From: Gammaproteobacteria bacterium
GTDB lineage: Bacteria; Pseudomonadota; Gammaproteobacteria; UBA4575
DNA length: 64,000 bases
Reading direction: 5' to 3'
Assembly (NCBI GenBank): GCA_965243395.1
Contig: CBDEUS010000002.1
Span: 256,001-320,000, forward strand
In this document: positions 40,434 to 48,972 of the stretch, piece by piece
How positions within the stretch are numbered: the first letter of the stretch is position 1
Layout: each line of letters begins with the position of its first letter
Made by a program: the position numbers and the translations under genes
Notes under the pieces: generated by a model
Told to the model about the DNA's origin: nothing
Seen by the model: only the letters and a program-made list of their open reading frames with translations
Databases searched by the model: none

Positions 40434-41702
40434 GTGAGACTTAAAAATTTCATGGTTGCAGCTACAAGTGCAATCGCATTATTTAGTTTTAGCTCAGCAG
40501 CATTTGCTGGTGCTGTAACTTCAAAAGAAAATATTGCCATTAAAACAACAGGTGGCGGTATCAAAATTGAATCCGATAACGGAAATTCCTTCTCAATTGG
40601 TGGGCGCATTATGTATGACTATGACAGTTATGATGGCGCATATAATGCTGACTTTGATGGAGATACAGGATCAGAGTCTGAGTTTCGTCGCACTCGTGTG
40701 AATGTTAAGGGAACATCAGGGAAAAACTGGGAATATAAGTTAACTGTTGATATCGACGAAGGCGAAGCTGAAGTTGATACTGGTTACATTAAATATAAAG
40801 GTTTTGAAAATGTAGCTTTTGTACTGGGTCGACTTAAAGCACCTGCTGGTTTAGAAGAGCTCACATCTTCAAAATGGATCTCTACAGTCGAAAGAACTGT
40901 CACCACAAGTGATTTCGGAATTTTATCAGGTAAACCTGATTTTCAATTTCAGGCACAAGCGCATGGTGGAAACTTCTTTGGCCAAGTCGCAATAATTGAT
41001 GAAGGTAATGAAGATGCAGATACAGCAGATTCTTATTCATTGGCTTTGCGTGCAGGTGGACATTTTCCAATTGGCGAAGAAAATCATTTTTTACATGCCG
41101 CAGCTTCGTACGCAGATCGTGATTTTGGTGACGAAGGTACAATTGGCTTTGAAACTGAAGGTGCCGTACATGCATTACCAGGCGATATTAAAGTACAAGA
41201 TGACGCAGATTTTGAAGTTGATGATGCAGATCAATTAGGTGTAGAGCTTGCATATGTAAATGGCCCATTTTCAGCACAAGGTGAATTATGGTCAGCAAGT
41301 TTTGACGGAGACATTAATGGTGCTGGCGATGTAGCTGACACGGATATAGATGTTGATTCTTATTATGCTTTAGTCAGCTACTTCTTAACTGGTGAATCAA
41401 GAGGTTATAAAGGCAAAGTTGGTAAATTTGATAAAGTTAAACCAAAGGGCCCACGTGGAGCTTGGGAGCTTGTAGCTAAGTATGAAGATGGCGAAATTGA
41501 TCCAGACAATCAGGCTGACGAATCAGAATTCGAAATACTTACTCTTGGTGTTAATTGGTATCCGACCAATAACCTTAAATTCATGTTGAACTACTTAGAC
41601 ATTGATACAGATAATTTTGATTCGGAAGACGGTGTAGCGCTATCTACGCTTGGCGAAGAAGATGGAAATGCTGTTTCATTCCGTGCTCAGTATGCATTCT
41701 AA
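40434..41702 (+). CDS. phosphate-selective porin, OprO/OprP family
   Basis: Signal peptide, GGRIMYD, EFRRTRV, GLEELTSSKW..ER, LTGESRGYK, LGVNWY, C-terminal RAQYAF; GGGAGG before GTG. Confidence 0.92.
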   Translation: MRLKNFMVAATSAIALFSFSSAAFAGAVTSKENIAIKTTGGGIKIESDNGNSFSIGGRIMYDYDSYDGAYNADFDGDTGSESEFRRTRVNVKGTSGKNWEYKLTVDIDEGEAEVDTGYIKYKGFENVAFVLGRLKAPAGLEELTSSKWISTVERTVTTSDFGILSGKPDFQFQAQAHGGNFFGQVAIIDEGNEDADTADSYSLALRAGGHFPIGEENHFLHAAASYADRDFGDEGTIGFETEGAVHALPGDIKVQDDADFEVDDADQLGVELAYVNGPFSAQGELWSASFDGDINGAGDVADTDIDVDSYYALVSYFLTGESRGYKGKVGKFDKVKPKGPRGAWELVAKYEDGEIDPDNQADESEFEILTLGVNWYPTNNLKFMLNYLDIDTDNFDSEDGVALSTLGEEDGNAVSFRAQYAF

Positions 41703-41735
41703 TAACTCTTAGTTTCACTCCTCTACTTTGAGTAT

Positions 41736-41771
41736 AAGGCTATCTACTTGTTAAAGCAGATGGCCTTTTTT
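41736..41771 (+). terminator. intrinsic terminator after porin
   Basis: aaggctatct...agatggcctt followed by T-tract. Confidence 0.75.
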
Positions 41772-41798
41772 ATGTAGAAGTAACAATTGGTAAAAATA

Positions 41799-43229
41799 AT
41801 GGAAAAAATAAACACTCAGTCTCTACTTATACTTATAACGCTCACTGTATTTTCTATAACCACTTCTAATGCCAGCGCTGTTTCACTCGAAAGAATAGCC
41901 ATATTTAAACCTCAAAGCAGTTGCTATTCACCTGAAATCATCAGCATTCAAGAAATTACCCAACGCATGGTTCTATCATGTAGTACAGAAAGTATTGTTG
42001 AGATTATTTCCATTGAAATTCCAGCCCAACTAAAATCTCTCAATCACTTTAAAGTATCAAGTAATGAAGAAATCAGTGCAGTGTCTTTTCATCCAACCGA
42101 AAATGTATTTGCAGTGGCTGTATTAAATAATGATCCTTTTAGCACGGGTAAGATACAAATCCATAATGCAAGTAGTGGCGAACTATTGAATACGTATGAT
42201 GCTGGCGTACATCCTGATGGTTTGGAATTTAGTCCTAATGGAAAATATTTAGTCGTAGCCAACGAAGGAGAGGCATATCACTACAATGGTAAAGAATATG
42301 AATCACCCGAAGGCAGTGTGACACTGGTAGATTTTTCAGTTCCTGCTAATGCAAAAGCTATACAAATTAACCTTCCTGACCTAAGTGAAGTTGAAGGCAT
42401 GATGCATAAAAAACACGAGCGTAAATTTGAAAGAGTAGTGACAGGCGGAAATAGTTATGAAGAAATTAAAATTGCAATTAAAGATAACACCCCTGCAAAT
42501 ACCGAACCAGAATTTGTAACCTTTTCTCCTGATAGCGCTAAAGCTTATGTTTCTTTGCAAGAAAATAACGGCGTTCTTGTAATCGATACTGCCCAGGCAA
42601 CAATCGAAAGTGTTTTTGGCTTAGGAACCACTACCCATTTAGCGGACATCAAGGACAATGAAAAAGTGAACTTTGACAAAGAGATTACGGCGCTTCGTGA
42701 GCCTGACGGTATCAACATTAGTCCAGATGGAAGATATTTATTAACAGCAGACGAAGGAGATACAGACCCTAAAGCTTCTAAAACACTTGGCAATAAACCT
42801 AAAGGCGGAGGTCGCACGCTAAGTGTATTTGATGCACTTAATGGAAAATTAATCGCGGATACCGGTAATCAATTAGATGAAATGGCTCACGCTGAAGGTT
42901 TATATCCAGATGATCGCAGTGATAATAAAGGTTCTGAGCCTGAAAATGTAATTAGTTTTACAATTAATAATACTCTCTATGCTGCAGTGGGCTTGGAACG
43001 TGCTGACGCCATTGCACTCGTTTCTCTTGAAGAGCCCTCACAACCAAAAGTGATAACTGTAGAAAGCGTGGATCCAAACGCTGGCAAAGAAAATGTGTTT
43101 GCGCCCGAAGGTCTAGTCTATTACGAAACTGATGGGAAACATTATATTTACAGCGCCAATGAGAAAAGTGGCACTATGACCGTGATGGAAATTAAACTAG
43201 ATAAAGAACATTTAGCATCGTCGAATTAA
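41799..43229 (+). CDS. secreted choice-of-anchor-I type beta-propeller (atypical alkaline-phosphatase-associated domain)
   Basis: Signal peptide; VANEGE, PEGSV, EPEFV, VSLQENN, PDGI, TADEGD, DDRSDNKGSEPE, GLER, PEGL, ANEKSGT; start uncertain (41787 or 41799). Confidence 0.8.
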   Translation: MEKINTQSLLILITLTVFSITTSNASAVSLERIAIFKPQSSCYSPEIISIQEITQRMVLSCSTESIVEIISIEIPAQLKSLNHFKVSSNEEISAVSFHPTENVFAVAVLNNDPFSTGKIQIHNASSGELLNTYDAGVHPDGLEFSPNGKYLVVANEGEAYHYNGKEYESPEGSVTLVDFSVPANAKAIQINLPDLSEVEGMMHKKHERKFERVVTGGNSYEEIKIAIKDNTPANTEPEFVTFSPDSAKAYVSLQENNGVLVIDTAQATIESVFGLGTTTHLADIKDNEKVNFDKEITALREPDGINISPDGRYLLTADEGDTDPKASKTLGNKPKGGGRTLSVFDALNGKLIADTGNQLDEMAHAEGLYPDDRSDNKGSEPENVISFTINNTLYAAVGLERADAIALVSLEEPSQPKVITVESVDPNAGKENVFAPEGLVYYETDGKHYIYSANEKSGTMTVMEIKLDKEHLASSN

Positions 43230-43232
43230 TTG

Positions 43233-43703
43233 TTATTGCAATTCCACTTGGAAAACTTTCTCTAACAATTTCTGGTTTTCAAAATATACATAAAAGCGAT
43301 ATTCGCCTGGCACTAATTCATACTGTTGGGCGAATTCAAAAGCCATGGTATGTCGATAGTCTAATTTTGACTCTTCTTGCAGTATTTCAATTTTATCGAT
43401 GTATTCGCCCGTTGCCGGATTGATCATAGTTGGTACATGATATATTAAATGCAATGTGGGCTCGCCCAAAAAACCCGCACGTGACAACCAATAACGTATG
43501 CCAAATTTTGTACCTAATTTAGCTTTAATATGAGTTGTCTTTTCTAACTCACCTCCGCTTGACACAGCCCTATCACCTTCTTCATAGTTCTCTGCACCAT
43601 GTGAGAATATTCCATATTCAAAATCATATATTGTACGCTTTTCATTTGCATGAACAGAGTTTAAAAAAAGACTAAATAACAATAGAGAAATTACAGCTTT
43701 CAC
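43233..43703 (-). CDS. exported DUF3859-like protein
   Basis: Signal peptide; EYGIF, TTHIKAKLGTKFGIRY, YELVPGEYRF. Confidence 0.65.
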   Translation of the reverse strand: MKAVISLLLFSLFLNSVHANEKRTIYDFEYGIFSHGAENYEEGDRAVSSGGELEKTTHIKAKLGTKFGIRYWLSRAGFLGEPTLHLIYHVPTMINPATGEYIDKIEILQEESKLDYRHTMAFEFAQQYELVPGEYRFYVYFENQKLLEKVFQVELQ

Positions 43704-43801
43704 TAATACCCTTCCTTGTAATTTTATATTTTATATTAAATAAATTTTAACATAGCTGTGAACGCATTCATGTACTTTAAGTTTTAAAATATTAAGAACA
43801 T

Positions 43802-44173
43802 ATGGCAAACCAAGAACATAAAGGCTTTAGACGCATTTATAATGCATTTTTTTATTCTCTCGATGGTTTCAAAGCTGCTTGGGAAAATGAAGCAGCTTTT
43901 CGACAAGAATTATTTTTAGCTTTAGTTCTAATACCTGCCGCTTTTTGGGTTGGCGAAGGTGCTCAACAAATTAGTCTCTTAATATTTACAGTGTTAATTG
44001 TATTAATTACAGAATTACTCAACACAGGAGTTGAAGCCGCTATAGACCGAATCAGTGGTGAGAAACATGAGCTATCGAAACGTGCTAAAGATATTGGTTC
44101 CGCCGCAGTGTTTGTAAGCTTAACAGCACTAGCAATAGTATGGGGGTTTGCTGTGTATGAAAAATTCTTTTAG
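43802..44173 (+). CDS. dgkA: diacylglycerol kinase
   Basis: YSLDG, EAAFRQE, ELLNTGVEAAIDR, AKDIGSAAV. Confidence 0.95.
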   Translation: MANQEHKGFRRIYNAFFYSLDGFKAAWENEAAFRQELFLALVLIPAAFWVGEGAQQISLLIFTVLIVLITELLNTGVEAAIDRISGEKHELSKRAKDIGSAAVFVSLTALAIVWGFAVYEKFF

Positions 44174-44724
44174 AACAAGTAAGCATGAAGCTGCAAGCTA
44201 AACGCAGCTAATATTGCACCTATTAAACCTCCCACTATCACATCGCTTATATAATGCAGACCGAGAATAAATCTTGAGAGTGCTACCAAACCTGCAAACG
44301 GAAAAACTAGCCACCCAAGTTGGGGGTAATAAAAAAACAACATCAGACTAAAACTAACTGCATGCAATGTATGGCCGGAAGGAAAGCTATATCGATCTAA
44401 AGGACGTGTATTACAAAGGATGTGGTCGTGAGTAATATAAGGACGTTCTCTTACTAAACGTTCTTTTATTGCTTTATAAATTAATACTCCAATCCCACCC
44501 GTAATAAGCATGTGTAAAGCTGGGAGTATGGCTGTTTGCCCAACAATAAATATTGTTGTAGTTATTAAACAGTACCAAAACACTCCGTCACCTAATCGAC
44601 TAATTAGTTTAAAAAATGCATTTACTGACTTGTAGCTACTTGCCCGATTAAAAAAAAGGCAGATGGGTAATTCGAGCTTATCTATGCGCCCGAACCAATC
44701 ATTTGTACGTGAATGAACATCCAT
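44170..44724 (-). CDS. PAP2 family lipid phosphate phosphatase
   Basis: KxxxxRERP, SFPSGH, SRFILGLHYISDV. Confidence 0.92.
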   Translation of the reverse strand: MDVHSRTNDWFGRIDKLELPICLFFNRASSYKSVNAFFKLISRLGDGVFWYCLITTTIFIVGQTAILPALHMLITGGIGVLIYKAIKERLVRERPYITHDHILCNTRPLDRYSFPSGHTLHAVSFSLMLFFYYPQLGWLVFPFAGLVALSRFILGLHYISDVIVGGLIGAILAAFSLQLHAYLF

Positions 44725-44767
44725 ATTTTCAGCTCGCAGTAGAAAAGAAAGCTTCTATTCAGGCTGA

Positions 44768-44812
44768 ATCGTATGGTTTAAATATGACCAATATATGATG
44801 GGTTTGTTACAA
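44768..44812 (-). promoter_or_regulatory. Pho-box array and -10 upstream of PAP2 gene
   Basis: Minus strand ttgtaac-aaac-ccatcat-atat-tggtcat, 10 nt, TACGAT. Confidence 0.7.
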
Positions 44813-44858
44813 CAAAATTAAATTTTAGCCCCCCATAATCAACATGATACCGCTAATC

Positions 44859-44914
44859 TTTTAATATATTTGTAATAAATGTTGCATAACTATGTAGCAA
44901 TATTTGCTCAATAT
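44859..44914 (+). promoter_or_regulatory. Pho-box array upstream of plcP-like gene
   Basis: ttttaat-atat-ttgtaat-aaat-gttgcat-aact-atgtagc; CAATAT 10 nt after the 3rd and the 4th unit. Confidence 0.6.
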
Positions 44915-44949
44915 TCGCACTTAAGGAAGTCAAATTATTGAGCCTTTAA

Positions 44950-45768
44950 TTGGACAACATTTCATCTATTCATCCGTATTCTGTTCGCAGTATTTGGATA
45001 TCTGACACACATTTAGGATTTCGTGGCTGCCAAGCCGAACTATTGTTGAATTTTTTGCATTCCGTTCAAAGTGAAAACTTATTCTTAGTAGGTGACATTA
45101 TCGATTGCTGGAGCCTTAAACGAAACTTTTATTGGCCACAATTACATAACAACGTTCTAAGAACTATTTTAGGTAAAGCAAAACATGGTACGAAAGTAAT
45201 CTATGTGCCAGGTAATCATGATGAACTATTTAGAGAACATTGCGGTAACGTGTTTGGCAATGTCGAAATTCATCGTGAATATATCCACACCACTGCAAAT
45301 GGTCGACGTTTATTAATACTTCATGGAGACGAATTCGATAATATTGTTAGGCATAGTCGCTTTTTTGCAAGAATTGGTAGTCATGCATATGCTTTGTTAC
45401 TGCATTTAAATGTATATGTTCATTATTTTCGAAGATTATTTAATTTCCCTTATTGGTCTTTAGCTGCTCATCTTAAGCATAAAGTAAAGAATGCCGTGAA
45501 CTATATTAGTAATTTTGAAACAGCCATCACAACGGTGGCAGAAAATAAAAAAGTTAACGGTGTAGTATGTGGACATATACATCATGCACAAATTTCAGAA
45601 ATTAATGGCGTGCTGTATTGCAATGACGGGGACTGGGTGGAAAGCTGTACGGCATTAATCGAAACTCATGATGGTGAGTTACATTTAATTCGCTGGACGG
45701 AAAAACAAGATAATTCTGGTAACATACAAATTAATCTAGACGAAAAAATTACTAAAAAGGCCGCATGA
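44950..45768 (+). CDS. plcP: metallophosphoesterase, PlcP/LpxH2-like phospholipase C
   Basis: WISDTHLG, LVGDIID, PGNHD, LHGDEFD, CGHIHH, NDGDWVES; coupled to a GT4 gene in a Pho context. Confidence 0.8.
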   Translation: MDNISSIHPYSVRSIWISDTHLGFRGCQAELLLNFLHSVQSENLFLVGDIIDCWSLKRNFYWPQLHNNVLRTILGKAKHGTKVIYVPGNHDELFREHCGNVFGNVEIHREYIHTTANGRRLLILHGDEFDNIVRHSRFFARIGSHAYALLLHLNVYVHYFRRLFNFPYWSLAAHLKHKVKNAVNYISNFETAITTVAENKKVNGVVCGHIHHAQISEINGVLYCNDGDWVESCTALIETHDGELHLIRWTEKQDNSGNIQINLDEKITKKAA

Positions 45769-46769
45769 AAATTGCAATTGTTACCGATGCCTGGGAACCT
45801 CAGGTAAATGGTGTGGTAACAACTTTAAAAACGACTCAACAAACATTAAACTCATTGGGAAATACTGTAGAAGTATTTACACCCAATAGTTTCAAGTCGA
45901 TTCCCTGTCCAACGTATCCAGAAATTAGACTGGCATTAAACCCAAAATCACGTTTAAGAAAATCTCTTGCTGTATTTAAACCTGATGCAATACATATCGC
46001 AACGGAAGGACCGATGGGGTTGGCTGCACGTTCAATTTGCAAAAAAAATAAGTGGGCTTTTACCACTTCTTACCATACTCAATTCCCTGAATACATACGT
46101 GAACGTTTTCCGATTCCACTAAATGCTTCTTATGCATTTTTTCGTTGGTTCCACTCCGGGGCAGTCCGCACCATGGTTGGTACACAGCGTCAAGAGGATT
46201 TATTAATCTCACATGGTTTTAAAAATTTAGTCAGATGGCCCCGTGGTGTAAATACAGATATTTTTACCCCCGGGGATAAAAACTTCCTTACGGACCCAAG
46301 ACCTATTTTCATCTATGTTGGACGTGTTGCAGTAGAAAAAAATATCGAAGCATTTCTAGAATTAGAGATAACAGGCACTAAATATGTAGTTGGAGAAGGT
46401 CCAGCACATGACGAACTAAAAAATAAATTTCCCGAGATTAAATTTGTTGGCTATAAGTATGGCAAGGAACTCGCTAAATATATTGCTGCATCCGATGTAT
46501 TCGTCTTTCCCAGCAAGACAGACACTTTTGGAATCGTGATGTTAGAAGCCATGGCTTGTGGAGTACCCGTTGCAGCCTATCCGGTTACCGGCCCTATAGA
46601 TGTTGTTCGTGAAAATGAAACAGGCTGTTTAAATCAAGATTTAGCACAAGCGGTAAAATGTGCACTAAATCTCGACCCACGAGACTGCCTCCAACAAGCT
46701 TCTGATTACACTTGGGAAAAGGCTTCAATGATGTTCCAATCGAACTTAGCTTCTAAAATAAAAACCTAA
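45765..46769 (+). CDS. GT4 glycosyltransferase, Agt-like DAG glycosyltransferase
   Basis: VTDAWEPQVNGVVTTL, HIATEGP, YHTQFPEY, GRVAVEKN, DTFGIVMLEAMACG; ATGA overlap with plcP. Confidence 0.85.
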   Translation: MKIAIVTDAWEPQVNGVVTTLKTTQQTLNSLGNTVEVFTPNSFKSIPCPTYPEIRLALNPKSRLRKSLAVFKPDAIHIATEGPMGLAARSICKKNKWAFTTSYHTQFPEYIRERFPIPLNASYAFFRWFHSGAVRTMVGTQRQEDLLISHGFKNLVRWPRGVNTDIFTPGDKNFLTDPRPIFIYVGRVAVEKNIEAFLELEITGTKYVVGEGPAHDELKNKFPEIKFVGYKYGKELAKYIAASDVFVFPSKTDTFGIVMLEAMACGVPVAAYPVTGPIDVVRENETGCLNQDLAQAVKCALNLDPRDCLQQASDYTWEKASMMFQSNLASKIKT

Positions 46770-46809
46770 AACATATCTGGAATCATCAACTTAGCAATTT
46801 TTACTGGCC

Positions 46810-46849
46810 GTTTAGCAAAACTGTAATATTTATTAAGCCCTTGTTTCGC
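46810..46849 (+). promoter_or_regulatory. Pho box upstream of ppk1
   Basis: gtttagc-aaaa-ctgtaat-att matches the pstS box at 20 of 21 nt. Confidence 0.7.
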
Positions 46850-46886
46850 ATATACTATTAGCTACATAACGCTAGATAATAATTAT

Positions 46887-48965
46887 ATGGATGACCGTAA
46901 CTTCAGTCTTGCTGAGTATTACATCAATCGCGAACTCAGCTTACTAAAATTTAATTCTCGTGTACTCGAACAAGCACGTGATCGTTCGACACCTTTACTG
47001 GAAAGATTGAAGTTTCTTTGCATTTCATGCACAAATTTAGATGAATTTTTTGAAATACGAGTAGGTGGAATTAAGCAGCATATTGAATTAGATATTGCAC
47101 ATATTACTGCCGATCAAATTGGTCCTAGAGAACTACTCAAACAAATTCATAACGAAGCTTCTTCATTAGTTACCGAACAGTATCGTGTGTTTAATGAAGA
47201 AATTCAGCCAGAATTAGAAGCACAAAATATTCATTTTGTGGCACGTGAACAATGGAACCATGAACAAAGTGCCTGGTTGCGCCAATATTTTATTGATGAA
47301 GTAGAACCTGTACTCAGTCCACTCGGTTTGGACCCGGCTCATCCTTTTCCAAGAATAATAAATAAGTCTCTTAATTTTATTGTGCAACTTGATGGTGAAG
47401 ACGCATTTGGACGCGAAGGTGAATATGCCATTGTCCAAGCGCCTCGTTCTCTACCTCGATTAATTCGTCTACCGGACGATTTGAATAATGCACAAGGTGA
47501 AAGTTTTGTATTTCTATCTTCCGTACTGCATGCATATGTACATGAATTATTTGAAGGTCTTTCTGTTCGTGGTTGTTATCAATTCAGACTGACACGAAAT
47601 AGTGATTTATTTTTAGATGATGAAGAAATTGATGACTTGATGCGTGCTTTGGAAGGTGAGCTTGCATCTCGCCGTTATGGTGATTCTGTACGTTTGGAAG
47701 TAGCCAATAATTGTCCTGAAGAATTAGTTTCTTATTTACTGCAACAATTTAAATTGTCCGCTGTAGACTTGTATCGTGTAAATGGTCCCGTAAATTTGAA
47801 TCGTCTTAGTCAGACATATGATCAGGTCGATCGACCTGATTTGAAATATCCACCATTTAGTGCTGGCCTACCAGAAAACTTTAGTCACAACACAAATATT
47901 TTTAATTTAATTAAGCAGAGTGATATTTTATTACATCACCCTTATCAATCTTTTGCTCCTGTTATTGATTTTGTACGTCAAGCCGCTGCTGACCCCAAAG
48001 TGTTAGCAATTAAACAAACCCTTTATCGAACTGGTCCAAACTCACCTATAGTGGATAACTTAGTGGAAGCTGCTAAAGCAGGGAAAGAAGTAACGGTTGT
48101 GATCGAATTAATGGCGCGCTTTGATGAAGCTGCGAATATCTCATTAGCAAACCGTTTGCAAAAAGCCGGTGCACATGTTGTATATGGCATAGTTGGCAAA
48201 AAAACGCATGGCAAAATGATTTTAGTCGTGCGACGCGAAGAAAATCATCTTTGTCGTTATGCACACTTCGGTACAGGCAACTATCATGAAAAAACCACTA
48301 AGTTGTATACAGACTATGGAATGTTTACCTGCGATCCTGCACTTACATCGGATGCACATGAAGTATTTATGGCGCTTACCAGCTTTACTAAAGCACCTGT
48401 TTTAAAAGAAACTCTGCAAGCACCTTTTACTTTGTATAACACACTAATTGAATTGATTGAAAAAGAAATAGAGTTTGCGCGTCAAGACAAACCGGCACGC
48501 ATCATTGCGAAAGTCAATGCATTAGTTGAACCACAAATAATTAAAGCTTTATATCGCGCGTCAGCAGAAGGTGTGAAAATTCATCTTATCGTCAGAGGTA
48601 CCTGTTGTTTACGCCCTGGCATTCTCGGTGTATCTGAAAACATAGAGGTGCGCTCTATTGTTGGACGTTTTCTGGAACATACACGAGTTTGTTATTTTCA
48701 TAATGATGGTAATCCAAAAGTTTTTTGTGGCAGTGCAGACTGGATGGATCGTAACTTTTTTAGACGCGTAGAAGTTGCTTGGCCGATCAAAGACCCTATT
48801 ATTCGCAAACGAATTATTGAAGAACTAGAAATATATTTGAGCGATAACCAACAAGCTTGGATTCTTCAACCGGATGGTAGTTACTTGCAACCCATAACGT
48901 ACGGGCAAAATATTAGCAATGCACAACAAACTTTATTAAACAAACACGCTAGAACCAAATTTTAA
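46887..48965 (+). CDS. ppk1: polyphosphate kinase 1
   Basis: NRELS, HPFPRI, LLHHPY, KQTLYR, ARFDE, TGNY, GRFLEH, GSADWM. Confidence 0.98.
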   Translation: MDDRNFSLAEYYINRELSLLKFNSRVLEQARDRSTPLLERLKFLCISCTNLDEFFEIRVGGIKQHIELDIAHITADQIGPRELLKQIHNEASSLVTEQYRVFNEEIQPELEAQNIHFVAREQWNHEQSAWLRQYFIDEVEPVLSPLGLDPAHPFPRIINKSLNFIVQLDGEDAFGREGEYAIVQAPRSLPRLIRLPDDLNNAQGESFVFLSSVLHAYVHELFEGLSVRGCYQFRLTRNSDLFLDDEEIDDLMRALEGELASRRYGDSVRLEVANNCPEELVSYLLQQFKLSAVDLYRVNGPVNLNRLSQTYDQVDRPDLKYPPFSAGLPENFSHNTNIFNLIKQSDILLHHPYQSFAPVIDFVRQAAADPKVLAIKQTLYRTGPNSPIVDNLVEAAKAGKEVTVVIELMARFDEAANISLANRLQKAGAHVVYGIVGKKTHGKMILVVRREENHLCRYAHFGTGNYHEKTTKLYTDYGMFTCDPALTSDAHEVFMALTSFTKAPVLKETLQAPFTLYNTLIELIEKEIEFARQDKPARIIAKVNALVEPQIIKALYRASAEGVKIHLIVRGTCCLRPGILGVSENIEVRSIVGRFLEHTRVCYFHNDGNPKVFCGSADWMDRNFFRRVEVAWPIKDPIIRKRIIEELEIYLSDNQQAWILQPDGSYLQPITYGQNISNAQQTLLNKHARTKF

Positions 48966-48972
48966 CCTATCG

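Noticed and set aside
44950-45768. Annotation as lipid A enzyme LpxH
   Set aside because: GT4 coupling, the GDWVES motif and the Pho context fit PlcP better; needs phylogeny to be certain
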